Below are positions 37,040 to 51,275 of a stretch of 64,000 nt of DNA, piece by piece (within the stretch, counting starts at the first letter, position 1; the number at the start of each line of letters is the position of its first letter). This DNA comes from Octopus vulgaris (lineage: Eukaryota): assembly GCA_951406725.2 (NCBI GenBank), contig OX597829.1, positions 3,782,001 to 3,846,000 on the forward strand. The letters are read 5' to 3'. The notes beneath the pieces are model-generated. The model was not told where the DNA came from, did not search any database, and saw only the letters and a list, made by a program, of their open reading frames with translations. The position numbers were made by a program, and so were the translations under genes.

Positions 37040-37377
37040 TCCATGACTCGTCCCCAGCCCAATTCAAGATCACAGCATACATGTACACTGCAACATAATT
37101 TCTTTTCCTCAACAGGCCCTGCCCTATTTAACATTGTCCTGAAAGAGATGAAAGAGGAAAAGGATCCCATCAACTTTAAACGGAGTCTGGATAGATTCCT
37201 TCAAGGAATACCAGATAAGCCACCCATAATTGGATACAACTCACCCAACAAAAACTCACTACTTGAATGGACCACAAACAAAACTTGACTTAAACAGGAT
37301 TTAGATAATCATATCAGGTGGTGCTATTAAGTTAGACATGGCCTGGACCAATCTTTGGTCGAAACATATCTAAGTTT
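37040..37377 (+). mobile_element. CR1/L2-group LINE 3' fragment
   Basis: GPALFN...FKRSLDRFLQGIPDKP...NSLLEW resembles ORF2 C-termini of CR1-group LINEs. Confidence 0.6.
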
Positions 37378-37393
37378 ATATATATATATATAT

Positions 37394-37949
37394 ACTAGAA
37401 GCTAATCCCGGTTGCACCCGGATGTTTTAGATGATATGGCTGCAAAACCTAGTCTGTGTAAGCATTCGACTTGTTTGGGCACGCTTACGTTGAAAAACAA
37501 TTTTAGAGTTACTTTTTTCTGTCAAAAAGCTAAAAATAACTGACCAAAAAGAAAAGAAAAACAAGATTGAACCAAATAAAAAAATAAAACCAAATAGTAA
37601 ACGAACAAAGATGAACTCTCCCACTTCCATTCCGCTTCCACGCACACACACACACATTCACATACCCTCCCGCTTTTTACATACACACACATACATTCAT
37701 ACAGCGTACACTACCAAGTATGACATCACCCCTTCTTTCCTTATTCATCTATCACTCCTTCCTTTTTCACTCATAAGCGCAAGAGTATCATTATAGTAGA
37801 TTATCTCCGTAACCATGAGAACTATGAAAAAGAGTACAAAGCCCAGCATCACCATCGGATCATTCTACACATGTGTGTAAATTTTCGCGCATTTCCACCC
37901 AGCCGTTTGACCGTGAATCCCAAGACAAGAAAGAATCGCCCATGTCAAG

Positions 37950-37960
<11 letters not shown>
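37394..37960 (-). mobile_element. Helitron-like family H2 copy
   Basis: Minus-strand 3' end CCGGGTGCAACCGGG-ATTAGCTT-CTAG|T; homologous to 14860-15598. Confidence 0.7.
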
Positions 37961-37999
<39 letters not shown>

Positions 38000-38414
38000 T
38001 CATACGCTTTAAATCATGTGGTTTCGGGTTCACTCTTACAGCGCAATACTTTGGGCAAGAGCCTTTTACTATAGCCAAAGGCCTACAAATGCTCTTTGGG
38101 TGAATATTGCTGGCAGAAACTGTGTGGAAGCCCATCGTGTGTGTGTATGTATGTATGTATGTATGTATGTATGTATGTATGTATGTATGTATGTATTATG
38201 TATGTGTGTGTGCGTGTGCTCATTTGTATTTCTTCACCGCCACCGCTTGTGAAGCGGTATTTTTCTCCTTAACTTAACGGTTCGGCAAAAGAAACTGATA
38301 GAAAAAGACATGACTTTACAAAAAATAACCACTGCCCTATCTTCCTTCCTAAAAATCATGAACTTTTCAACTTTGACATGGAGGCTTGATGATTGCCACC
38401 TCCTGGCATGACGC

Positions 38415-38528
<114 letters not shown>

Positions 38529-38761
38529 GACGATTGAGGAAACTTAGTGTTAGCAGAAAGGTTTCGTATCTTCTGTCTTTTACTTTTACTTCAGTCAGTG
38601 GATTGCGAAGACGACGCAGCACCACTTGGAAGGGATTTGGCCAATTGGATCGTCTTCAAACCGTTTACTTTAAGTCTGGTACTTATTCTATCGTTGTCTT
38701 TTGCGAACTGTTAACTTACGGGAATGTAAAGAAACCAGCAGCAGTTGTTGCTCAGGTAGAA

Positions 38762-38821
<60 letters not shown>

Positions 38822-39205
38822 GTACACAATAGGTCTTCCACATTCTGTCCAAGTCTTTACGCACAAGGTAGTCGACACGGGGTTGCGATAGAAGACTCTT
38901 GCCCAAAGTGCCTGGCATTGGGACTGAACCCGAAATATCGTTGCTAAACGGCCATGCCTACGTCAATACATATGTTTGTGTGTATGAGTTCAAATTCCGC
39001 CGAGGTTCAACCTTGCCTTTCATCCTTTCGGGGGTCGATAAATAAAGTACCAGTTACGCACTGGGGTCGATGTTATCGACTTAATTCATTTGTCTGTCCT
39101 TGTTTGTCCCCTCTATGTTTAGCTCCTTGTGGGCAGTAAAGAAATATATATATATATATATATATATCTATGTGTGTGTGTGTGTGTATTTCTTTGGCCA
39201 CCCTG

Positions 39206-39255
<50 letters not shown>

Positions 39256-40413
39256 TTATTTCAGGATGGCCATTTTTTCCCCATGCTAAACAAACACCAC
39301 ACCCACTATATATATACTCGTTCTTCAATTTTATTATTCTAGTGTCGTTTGTCTAAAATCTTTCGTCACACATCCTGTGATCTCTTCAGCGACAAATTAT
39401 TCCACGCCCCCCCCCTCCTGTTCTGTGCAGTCCAGTTTGTCTTTCAGTCCAGTGCGTGCGTGTGTGTATGTGTTTGTGCAATATTATTAGTGTGAGTATC
39501 ATGAAAAGAAAAAAAGGAGCCAATGCACATTTTAAATTTGACATCGGAGTACGTAGTCCTGCGCTCATCGCCGAATCCAGTTCAGCCGTCTAACCCATGC
39601 TGGCGTGGAAAATGGACGTTAAACGATGACACTCCTTTGCAAACATTTTACGGGATTTTGTTATTTAAAAATCATCTGCATTTAGTTAGTTTCCTCTCAG
39701 TTATACTTAATAACCCGTTCAGTGTACGGTGTCACAAGAAATACTTCGCGACAAAAACCAACAAAGAAAATGACAAAGTTTTGGAATTGGAGGGCTCAGG
39801 TGGGTAAAAGAAGAATGCTTGTCAACATTGTTGGTGAGTGAATAAACTAATATTCTCCCAAGAGTCGCACTGTTATATTGGTGACTATACCCCTAGATAG
39901 ACTCTTGTCTTTCAAACTTGCACGCTTCATTAAATTGCGTATTCTCAAGAGAGGCGCATGACTAGCTGTCAATTGTCACTTTATCTGTCTGTCTGTCTCT
40001 CTCGCTCTCTCTCGCTCTCTATCATTCTATCTCTCTCTCTCTATCTATTTATCTGTTTCTCTGTCTGAGTCGGTCTGCCTGTGTATCTGCATGTCTGTCA
40101 CTATCCGTCTATCCATCTCTATGTCTATCTACATGTGTTTATCTGCACACACACTCATACATACATACTCCTCCTCCTCCTCCTCCTCCTTCTGAATCCA
40201 TCCCTGTTTTTTTTCCTCCCCATCTCTACATTTTCGTGACATGTCAGTCAAAAATCCTACTGCGTGAATATTCTATTATATGACTGACGTTCGGAGGTTC
40301 CCACTGTTGATTGCTTATTATGATGGTCCTTTGTCTTTTATGCCTGCTGCCTCCCAAATTAGGGGTAAATATCGCTTAGATATTTTTCTCTTCACTGATA
40401 TCACGCTTGATAG

Positions 40414-40846
<433 letters not shown>

Positions 40847-41611
40847 GTCCTCTCTCGCTCTCCCTTCCTCTTCTCTCTCTCTCTCTACCCTTCTTTTTGT
40901 CTCTCTATCCACCCACTGTGTCTGCTTGTATAAATGCACATTTCTCTTGGCATTTGGTAATTATGACACATTCTCGTGAGGCGATTGAGTAAACAGAACC
41001 ATGAACGCACATGAAATGCATAGCAGAAACATCTCCAAGTCCACAATACACAAATAAATGTATAAAGCACATTATTTATGCCTTATATTATCTCTGAGAG
41101 CAGGATACAACACGAGTATAGCCAAATCTACTGTTTTGTTCTACAGTTGTGTGTGTGTGTCTTTGTGTCTGTGTTTGACCCCCACTATCGCTTGACAACT
41201 AGTAACTTAGCAGTTCGGCAAAGATCACAATAGAATAAATACCAGGCTTTACAAGAAAAAAAAAGTACTGGAGTTCATTCATTCGACTAGAAATTTTTCA
41301 AGGCAGTGCACCAGCATGGTCGTAGTCTAACGATTCAAAGAAGTAAAATATTCGTAATATATGTATAAGTATAATGACGTATGTGCGTATTATGTGTATA
41401 TGCACTATGCAAATATATAGTTATGATATCTGCATTTTAAGTATACACGGTATTTCTCAGCAATGCACTACTCGCTACCGTTATGGTAAAAATTAAAAAT
41501 TTGTTATGATGAAGTCCGTAAGAGGTATATGCCTTTTACATAATTGATTGCCTTACCGTTTCACACCCTTTTGCTGTGTTTTGTTTTGTTTTGTTTTTAG
41601 TCCCTTATTTG

Positions 41612-41653
41612 TACTAAAATTTTCTTTTTGTATTTTCTATGTTGCAGGTAAGG
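41612..41653 (+). promoter_or_regulatory. Candidate recursive splice site (3' splice site abutting a 5' splice site)
   Basis: TACTAAA branch-point-like motif, T-rich tract, then TTGCAG|GTAAGG at 41647/41648. Confidence 0.5.
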
Positions 41654-42139
41654 CAATTTTCATATAGTGTGAATGAAGTCACTTTTGAGTTTTGAGGTAA
41701 AGCAAATCTTTCTTTTTTTTCAATATTGTTTAATGTTGTGCGTCTCAAATTTTTTAAACTAACCTATTTTTTCTTTTGCTAACACTTTTTCTATACCATT
41801 TTCGGTAAAAATAAATACATTACATGTATGTATGTATGTATGTATGTATGTATGTATGTATGTATGTATGTATGTATGTATGTATGTATGTATGTATGTA
41901 TGTATGTATGTATGTATGTATGTATGTATGTATATGTGTGTGTGTGTGTGGATGCGTGTATATGTATAATGTGTGTGTGTGTATATACGTATATATGTGT
42001 GTATATATAATTACACACACACAAGTATTATATATTGATGTACGTATGTGTGTGTATATATATATGTGTGTGTGTATGTATGTGTCTATATATATATAAT
42101 AGAAACAGGTGTGAATAAAAAGAATCTACACGTGGTATA

Positions 42140-44400
42140 AATAGAGGAAAAGTAAAAAGAAACAAAGAAAATGCGCACTAGGTATAAAAGTAATGGCTTT
42201 AATAAATATAAAAACAAAGATATCTACATACAAATAAATGATTTGAGGTGGAATTAAGAAGTATAGAAATCATTAGCATGAGTCAATATAGAAAGTCACA
42301 CCGGTTTCGTTATCGCTGTTCACTGACTTTGAATCAACACCGATTTCCAAACGGTGTTGGGTTTAATAGTACCTGAGTGAAAAGACTGCATGTAAGGGAT
42401 GTAAGCAGTTCTGAAAGTGATGCAATTAGGTTAATATGATTAATAGAATATGAATGGTATATGGGATGTATGAGGATTAGTGAGATTATTGGCATCAGTA
42501 AAGTTAGTAGTGTCATGTATTAAGTTGTGGTTGATACCTAGTAATGAAAGTTGCCTCTTTATTTAGACTTTGATGGGCTACGGTGTTCTGGGAACATTGA
42601 TAATAAAAGAAAATTAGGAAGTTTGGTTTAAGGTTCCTAGCACATCTATCTATGTGCTCACTGACCTGTATCTGTCTATATTGTGGGAAGCAGATTTGTT
42701 CTTTGTGAATCGTTGTTCTTTGTCTGAGGGATATTCGTGTTTGGCATATATAGTGGTTTCTGTAACCTAACCAGGTAATAACAAAGATTAGGTTTTCAGA
42801 GGCACAAGTGAAATTTGACTTTATCTTAAATATTTCACTTGGTTTGAAATGAAATTCTGTACCCTTCAAAATGTTCCACAGTTGGGCCTCCCGCATTTTT
42901 CCACTTTTGGTTCCGTTGTTAAGGGATATAATCTTGCATCGGTTAATATTTTTTCCATGATTTCGGTTGTATTTTGCTTTGATAATTTTGTTTGAGCCCA
43001 AAATTTCGTTCATTGTTTAATCTCCAGTGAGAATGGGTAGATTTTGAATGATGATATTGAACGCCTCATTGTTTCTTGGGGTTGTTTGTGGAGATGTAAG
43101 GGAGTACTTTTAAATTTGGTGTAGTATTTACTTCCCTTAATATTTTTATGTCTAATTCCTTTAATCCCTGTTGGGTAATGTCTCCTGATTAGTGTTAATT
43201 TAAGTTCACGGAGTCCTTAGTTCACGGGTATTGGTATCCGAAACTGTGGTACAAATTCTTTTCGCTAGATTATGAGGTATATTAATTTTTGTGCGTTTCG
43301 TGTGGAATGAGTTGAATAACAGGTATTGTTTTGAATCTTTAAGTTTTTAAAAGATGTCCGTTTCGATGTGGTTATTGACTATTTTAATTAGGATGTCAAG
43401 AAAAGGAAGTTGTTTATTGTTGTGTTCCATGGTGAATTGTATATTGCTATTGATATTGTTGAGCTTTATTTTGAAATCGAGGAGTTTGTCCATGCCATCA
43501 TCATTCCAAAGTATAAAGCAATCATCTAAGTACCTCTTCCAGTTCTTTAAATAGCAATGAAATGTACCATATTTTTGTTGTGATAATTGGTATATTTTAC
43601 GATCTAGATAACCCATTACAAGGTTCTCAATAACTGAGGCAGCTCGAGTTCTCATTGCAATTCCACATTTCTATCGATAGTAAACTATATCGAACACAAA
43701 GTAGTTATTCTGAAGGATAAATTTCAGTGCTGTGATTGTGAAGTGGTGGTTGATGCGTCCTGGGATCTCTTCTGGGTATTTTTTTCACCAGAAGGTGATT
43801 GCTTTTATACCATAATCTTGTGGGATACTGCTGTACAAGTTTACCGTATCGAATGATACCAATAGGGTTCCTTCATTTATTGTTTTCGGGAGGGGGTTAA
43901 GTATGTCTAAATTATCCCTGATGGAGCTTTTAACATATTTTTTAAATGGTTTAAGTAAGATGTCGAGGAAATTGCTCAAGCTGTTTCACAAGCTGGGCCA
44001 GCAATGATGGGTCTCAGTTTGAGGTCAGTAAGGGGGGCAGGATATTAATACATGGGCTTGATAAATCCATGCATGCTTTACTATGTGTATTTTTGTGTAT
44101 TTTGGGTAAGCCGTAAAAGAGACTTGGTTTGCATTGAAAATTGGATAAATAATCAATTTCTCTTTTAGTGAGGCTCTTTCCATGTATTAGAATTAATGAG
44201 GATAAGTTTTTAAGTGTCTTCTGTGGGTTATATAGTACTCTATCTTCTCATAGTAAGTATTGTTTTCTAGCATGGAAAGTATTGTCCATCACTACTACCG
44301 CACTTCCTTTATCGGCTTCTTTAAGGATCAGGTTTATATCATTTTTTAACTACATTAAGTTTTTCCGTTCATTTGTGTTGAGGTTGGATTTAATTCATTT
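42140..44400 (-). mobile_element. Decayed Penelope-like element (Neptune-type RT and GIY-YIG)
   Basis: LVSFDTVNLYSSIP, RYLDDCFILW, IQFTMEHNNKQLPFLDILI, FTCASENLIFVI...YICQT..SLRQR..IH; many stops. Confidence 0.85.
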
Positions 44401-45048
44401 ATTTTTGTAGGGCATCAAATGGAAAATTGGTATACCTAATGTGCATTTTCTTTGTTTCTTTTTACTTTCCCCCTTATTATATAAATATGTATATTACATA
44501 TATATAAGGTCGCTTTTGTTGCATGTATAGAAATGAGCACAAATTTAGACAATGCCTTTTAATTTTTTTCTTTTCTTCATAATTTACATGCATGGTTGGT
44601 GTATATTTCGAAATTTTTGTATTGTTATTGTCATAATTGTGGCCAACAAGCGGTTTAACGCAATATTAAACGCCCCCCCCCCCCTTTAAATGAATACTTG
44701 GGAAAGATTAAAACGATATACACAGTTATGTCTTTTCTATGGGAGCAGTCGTTGCCATTACTTACATGTATGGAAATTATAATAAACCACTGGTTATTCA
44801 TAATCGTCTTAATATTCTTTGAAAAAAGAAAAAAATTATTTGCATGGAAACAAAGAGTAAAACAAAGTGTACAGATGTATGTGTGTGTGTGAAAGAGAGA
44901 GAGAGATTTGTTGTAGGTGCACTGGACGTCTTCATTACATGTATGGAAATATCTGCAAATTTTGACAATATATTTTTAATTTTTTAATCTTTATAAATTA
45001 TATGCATATATGATAAATTGATAATTTTTCATTCTATTTTATATATTT

Positions 45049-45460
45049 GGATCTTTTCGGTTTGACCGGCAGTTTTTAAAAATAATTTCCACGTAACTAA
45101 ACACTTTTAAACTTCGTATACTGGTAGAATGTGTTTATAAAACATCTTTTTCTCTTGGCTTTATTGAGAAAATTCTATAGTTTGTAAGATATTTGTTGTT
45201 TTTTTCTTCAATTTCTGCAATTTCAACCAATCAATGACGTCCATTGAGGTAAAAAAAACATTCTGTGTCGTATGAATATGTCCCTCGTTTAAGAAACAGA
45301 TTGGGTTTATTTACATTTGTGAAGAAAAAAGATACCCTTCCCCCTACCCCTAACCCTAAAACAGATTGAAATGCAATAGATCGATACTAGGGTCATAATT
45401 ATGGGTGACAATTTCATATGAGACCGCTAGAAAAATCTGCCGTTCAAACCGAAAAGATCC
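45049..45460 (+). mobile_element. GGATCTTTTCGG-TIR MITE, copy 3
   Basis: Both TIRs present; flanks ATATATTT/ACATATTC. Confidence 0.9.
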
Positions 45461-45749
45461 ACATATTCATATTTTAATTTTTTTTTTTTGTTACTGTTGA
45501 TGTTATTGTTATTAAATGTATATTTACAATTTTTGTATATTAACTTGGAATCAAAGGCTAAAACGAAATATACAGATGTGTCTTAACTTTTTCTATTGTT
45601 ATTCCAAATTTCTCTACATGAGAAATCCCTAATAAAAATGATCATAGCATTGTAAAATGAAAGAGCTCATTTGAAGATACAAAACTGGGTCTCCAAATGA
45701 TATCAGTGTATAAACAGGATATTGCCAATCCTTGTTTTTCTGCCCTGAT

Positions 45750-46085
45750 ATATTTCACCCTCCTTATTGATAACATTTCCCAGGTATGTGAAATGATCGA
45801 GGTCTTCAATTTCTTCTCCTCTGACTGTGAAACTGACATCGATGGCCACGTGCACTCACACGCTTTTTGACTTCTTGGTATTGATCTTGAGACCAACTTT
45901 CTTGGATGTTGCCTTCGTTGCTGTTACCGTCTCCTCCATGTCAATATGGCACTAGGAGAGAAGGGCAGAAGCCGATATCTTCTAGGAACCGTTGTTTTCC
46001 TCTGGGTTGTATTTTCGTGTTTTCTTTCATCACACAATCTATTGCTTTTAGGAAAAGTGAGATAGCAGATAACTTTGTCTTATCT
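45750..46085 (-). mobile_element. Old RTE-like LINE RT remnant
   Basis: LSAISLFLKAIDCVMK (like LSPLLFLLAIDWVM), LEDIGF, then by hand translation KVGLKINTKKSK and EEIEDLDHFTYLG. Confidence 0.65.
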
Positions 46086-48259
46086 TCGTCGGTACAGTGA
46101 ATGGTTGCGTCAAAGTTCCATGCGTCCGTAGAAAATCTTATGTGGCGTTCAAAATAGAATGGGGACACATGTTGGTTCATAATCTCTTACAAGTTAATTC
46201 TAAATAATAATAAAAAACAATAATAAAATTCTTGGTGTGTTTAATAGCATAAAGTTATTTATTTTAAGAGTTAGTTAATTAATTTCATTCTAAAAATAGA
46301 TTTTAATAAAGTAATTATTTATTACTGATTAATAAAAGAAAAATAATTGGCACAGGTGTTCCCGTGTGATTAAGAAGTCTGCTTCCCAACCACACAATTT
46401 TGGGTTCAGTCTCACATGGTACCTTGAGCAAGTGTCTCTTACTATAGCTTCGGATCGATCAATGCCTTTTGAGTGGATTCGATTGAGAAACTGAAAGCAA
46501 CTCCTGTGTGTGTGTGTGTGTGTGTTTAGTTAAATTTATAGAAAAACAAAGACGAAGACAAGCGTAGGAACAACAAGCAAGTGTATTAGTTCGACGCTCG
46601 GGAAAAATGGAAAAGTCTTTTACGTTTCGAGCCTATGTTCTTCGACCAAAAGGAACGAGAAAATAGAGAGAATAAATAAAAACGTGTTGAGTTCAGTGGT
46701 CAACATGGCGAATATATGTATATTTGTATTTATTTGTGTGTTTGAACGTGCGTTTGTGATTCCTTGTCTTGAAATCGTGTGATAGGTGTAGATGTGTGTC
46801 ACTGTCTTACAAACTGTGTCACTGATTCCCAGTATTCCGCCAGAACATGCCTGACCATGGGGAATTATTACCTTGCTTGGAAACAGTTTGAAGGTTGCGA
46901 CAGGAAAGGCCTTTAGCTGTAGAAAAGCCTTCAATAAACTCAACTTGAGTGGGTATTAGGATGATGGTGATGAAGATGAGGATTCTAGTATGTCTTGTTA
47001 TTGGAAAATATCACTTTACTTGGAAATATGTGAAGGCTGGCGACAGGAAGGACACCCGGCCGTAGAAAGTATGCTTCAATAAACTACATCCAACCCATGG
47101 AAAACTGAACGTTAAAAATAGATGATGATGGTTACTTCTTTCTTTTTCGTAACACCTGACAAATCATGTCTCACTTCCAGCAAATGCAGAAATTCCTTGT
47201 TGGAAACACCTGCCTTAAGGGCTCCTTTTTTTTTGGTTATGTAAGCAACAGGTTTCACAAGCTAGCGTTACAGTTTCGGTTATAGCTATTGGATTGCATG
47301 TATATCGTTAGAGTATTTAGGGAAGGTGTAGATAGCATCTAGGAAATTCTTATACGCCATCTTTCGTTTTATGTACTAAAATGGCCAACAATGTAGCATT
47401 TATAATGTATCGTTGGCATTTACGAAAGGAAGAATGAGATTTACCACATACAGTCTTCAGTTTTTGTGCTCCTTTCACTGTTGTCCGCTACTAGGGTAAG
47501 GCAGCGAGCTGGGCGAATTGTTAGCAAGTCGATCCCAACAACACTGGAGTCGATGTAATCGACTAACCCAGCCTTTAGAATTTCAGACCTTAAACCCTCA
47601 GTAGAGAGAATTATTATTTAGGCAGCAAGCTAGTATCGGACAAAATGCTTAGCGGCATTTTTTTCGGCTTTTAACGTTCTGAGTAAGTGGTGGACTAGGG
47701 TGTGAAAGGTTGTTTTCGGTGCCTCTTTATTGACACAACCAGAAATATGTATTCCTCTTGGCCCTCGTACTCTGGACCCAATGAACCATCGTGAATTTGT
47801 GAATTGGGGAGAGACTGACAGACAGACGCCACCCGCGAACGTGTGTGGTTTGGGGGCTTGTACTGCGCTTTTTCTGGTTGTTTTAGGTTCCTACGTAGTC
47901 AGAAGTATCCACCCTCTTGACCCCCAGCATTTTTGATTCAGCGGAACATCGTCGATGTGACAGCTAAAAGAGGTGGGGGTGAATGAGAGAGGGCTGCACC
48001 AACATTCGGCTGGTTGCTCTTTCACAGTTGAGTTAACTCGAGCGATATAAAAACGAGGTGCCTTGCTCTACGACACAATCCATTCAGCCGGTCCAGGGAA
48101 TCGAACCCTCTACATCAACGTACCTTCACAATTTCCGGTGTATAAGCTGTGGCTTTAAATAAGGGAAATCGAAAAGCATGCCAATATGTTTATTTACCGG
48201 AAACCCTTCATTCACACTTCAACGATGAATGATGAGTGGTCACGTTAAATTTGATCTCT

Positions 48260-48323
<64 letters not shown>

Positions 48324-48938
48324 TTGTTTGCAAGACATATATATTGGGAGGAGGGGAATCATTCTCTCGCATTCATTTAAGTTGCTCCACTTAAAAGATT
48401 GGTTTTATGTTACAAGAGGGCGACGTAGATGTGCTTTTAAGAAGTATTCTCGCAGTGAAAATAGCCCAGAGAACGAATCAAATTTCTTTTTTTCAACGTT
48501 AACCAACGTCAATGAGATGCTTCTTTTTCTTTTATCTTGGGAGGTGGTTGAAGATATATATCTTTAATTGACACCTAGCGTTTGTGTGGTGTGAAAGAGT
48601 GTGTGTGTGTGTGTGTGTGTGTGTGCTCACGCTTATGTATGTGTGTTTGTGTAATATATATATATATATGTATATGAGACAGAGAGGGTAATAGAGAGTG
48701 GGGAAGACTACGTAAAAAAGGCGTGCAAGCAGATATATGTATGTGTGTGTGTGTATGTATGTATGTATGTATGTATATGTGTGTGCGTATAAATATAAAT
48801 ATATATGTGTGTGTGTGTGTGTGTTGGAAAATGTTTTTTGACAGTTGTTGTTAATGGTTGCTAAGAATGTTCTTCTAAAGAGTTAATACTTAAATAATTA
48901 TCTGTTAATCTTTTTAAACGGTAAAAATTTCTGCCTCC

Positions 48939-48990
<52 letters not shown>

Positions 48991-49984
48991 GTACATACAT
49001 GCATCCATACTTGTGTGTGCACAAGTACATACATGTTGTTATGTAACCTCGGCGGTTTCATTTAACGCATGCAAACCAGTTGTATTTTGTCTTTTGATGT
49101 TATCCGCGATTGTGTTGCGTTTTAGAGGTCAATAAATCGCCTTTATTAGTATTATTTTTATTAACATTAACTCTTTTGTGTGACTAGAATATTGGGGTTT
49201 TCCGATTTTCTGATCGCTTGCAGTACATTCTTGGCGAATCTTATCCATTTTTAATCCTTGTTCCCTGTGTTTTCCCATTTTTTTTTCTTTCGATTTTATA
49301 TTTTTGTATATTTTCTTATGCACATTCACCCCTTCCTCCATACTTGTTTTGGGTTTTTGTTGGATTGGATGGAAGATGAATCAGAGAAAAAGACATGGGT
49401 AGGAGGCGTGGCGGTTATTACAAGTAGCTTCAAGTTGCTGGGCCCCGCATTTAAAAGGAAAAAAAAGTCTACTTGCTTGGCTGGAAATGCACGTCACTGC
49501 TTGGCTTCATGAGATTTAAAGATACATAAATATTTACCACCCTACCTTTACTCCACCACCACCACCACCAACACCAACACCTTTTAGTTCCTCCGTAGCG
49601 CGCGTACACACACGCACGCACGCACGCACTGCTGCATAGTTCGCTACGCGACATCATACAAACCATATGGCGAAAAATCCTTTTCAGCACTAAAGATTAT
49701 ATTCTGAAGGTCTCCGAAGAAACTCTATTGCTTTCCCTTCCCTTTAGATGCTAAGAAAGAAGTGCATGCCGAGGTGCTGCATTGACAGAATCGCTAACGC
49801 GTCGAACGAAATGCTTAGTGGCATTTCTTCCAACTCTTTACGTTTTGAGTTCAAATCACGTTGTGGCCAACCTCGGTTTTTTTTTTCTCTTACTTTTCGG
49901 GTTGATATAATAAAACACTAATCTAGTACGGGAATCGATTAAATCGTCTCTTAAAACTGCTAGTCTTGTGCTTAAATGAAAAGA

Positions 49985-50023
<39 letters not shown>

Positions 50024-50027
<4 letters not shown>

Positions 50028-50305
50028 TAGTTTTATTTTTATAGCGTGCTTTCACTTCACTACCGAGCGCAGCTCTGTGTGCCTTGGGTATGTGCTGTGA
50101 TTTGTTGTGATACTCTGATGGTTATTGTATGGAAAGTGTTCTGCGTAGGATGTGTGCAGTGCCTAGTAGTGCAATTTTCTGTATGTTATATGTGTTTGTA
50201 AGTCCTGGTGTTTTTGTTATGTATTTGTCTGAATATTTTTTTATCATGCCTAATGCACCTACTATGATAGGAATTGTTTCTGTTTTTAGATTCCACATTC
50301 TAGTT
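50024..50305 (-). mobile_element. R4/Dong LINE 3' end inside a (TAA)n microsatellite
   Basis: MWNLKTETIPIIVGALG...IQKIALLGTAHILRRTL (restriction-like endonuclease C-terminus) plus 3'UTR; (TTA)n on both sides. Confidence 0.85.
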
Positions 50306-50307
50306 AC

Positions 50308-50350
<43 letters not shown>

Positions 50351-50778
50351 GCATCATTGTTGCCCATATCTCTCTTAACAATTGCCATCACAGTAAAATA
50401 GATACTTATTGTCAATGTCGTGAACGGGGACTGATATCATAAGCATCGGGTTTCACTCTACATCAACTTAATTGTTTCAGTGTCTGAACAGAAGTAAGTT
50501 AAGTAGATTTCAATTGAGGAAGCAAATAAATGGCTTGCCGTAAGCCCAGGTCTTAAAAATAATTTCATAAGTGTTCCACTTAAATTTCTCAGCATGTCTT
50601 GGACGCGAATTGCTAAGCGTTCAATTTTTAGTATTCCAGCATTCACAAACATAGAGAGCTATTGATTAGTACCAATTAATATTTGCTTCTGTTTCCCTTA
50701 AGTAGTTTATAGTTGTATAATATTTATGTGATGCCTTTAGATTTTAGTCTTTTATTGACGTATTCTGTAACGTAAAGT

Positions 50779-51200
50779 GGATCTTTTCGGTTTGAACGGC
50801 AGTTTTTAACATAATTTCTAGGTAACTAAACACTTTTAAACTTCGTATACTGGTAGAATGTTTTTATAAAATATCTTTTTCTCTTGGCTTTATTGAGAAA
50901 ATTCTATAGTTTGTAAGATATTTGTTGTTTTTTCTTCTTCAATTTCTGCAACTTCAACCAATCAGTGACGTCTATTGAGGTGAAAACATTCTGTGCCGTA
51001 TGAATATGTCGCTCGTTTAAGAAACAGATTGGGTTTATTTACATTTGTGAAGAAAAAAAGATACCCTTCCCCCCACCCCCACCCATAACCCTAATCCTAA
51101 AAGAGATTGAAATGCAATAGATCGATTCTAGGGTCATAATTATGGGTGACAATTTCATATGACACCGCTAGAAAAAACTGCCGTTCAAACCGAAAAGTTC
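50779..51200 (+). mobile_element. GGATCTTTTCGG-TIR MITE, copy 4
   Basis: Left TIR intact, right TIR slightly degenerate; body homologous to copies 1-3. Confidence 0.88.
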
Positions 51201-51238
51201 TTTTAGAAGCCAAAAGTCCCAGGGACGAATACCCCCTC

Positions 51239-51275
<37 letters not shown>

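Noticed and set aside
45941-46180. 79-aa ORF as a host gene
   Set aside because: It overlaps decayed LINE RT motifs that continue past the stop in other frames.
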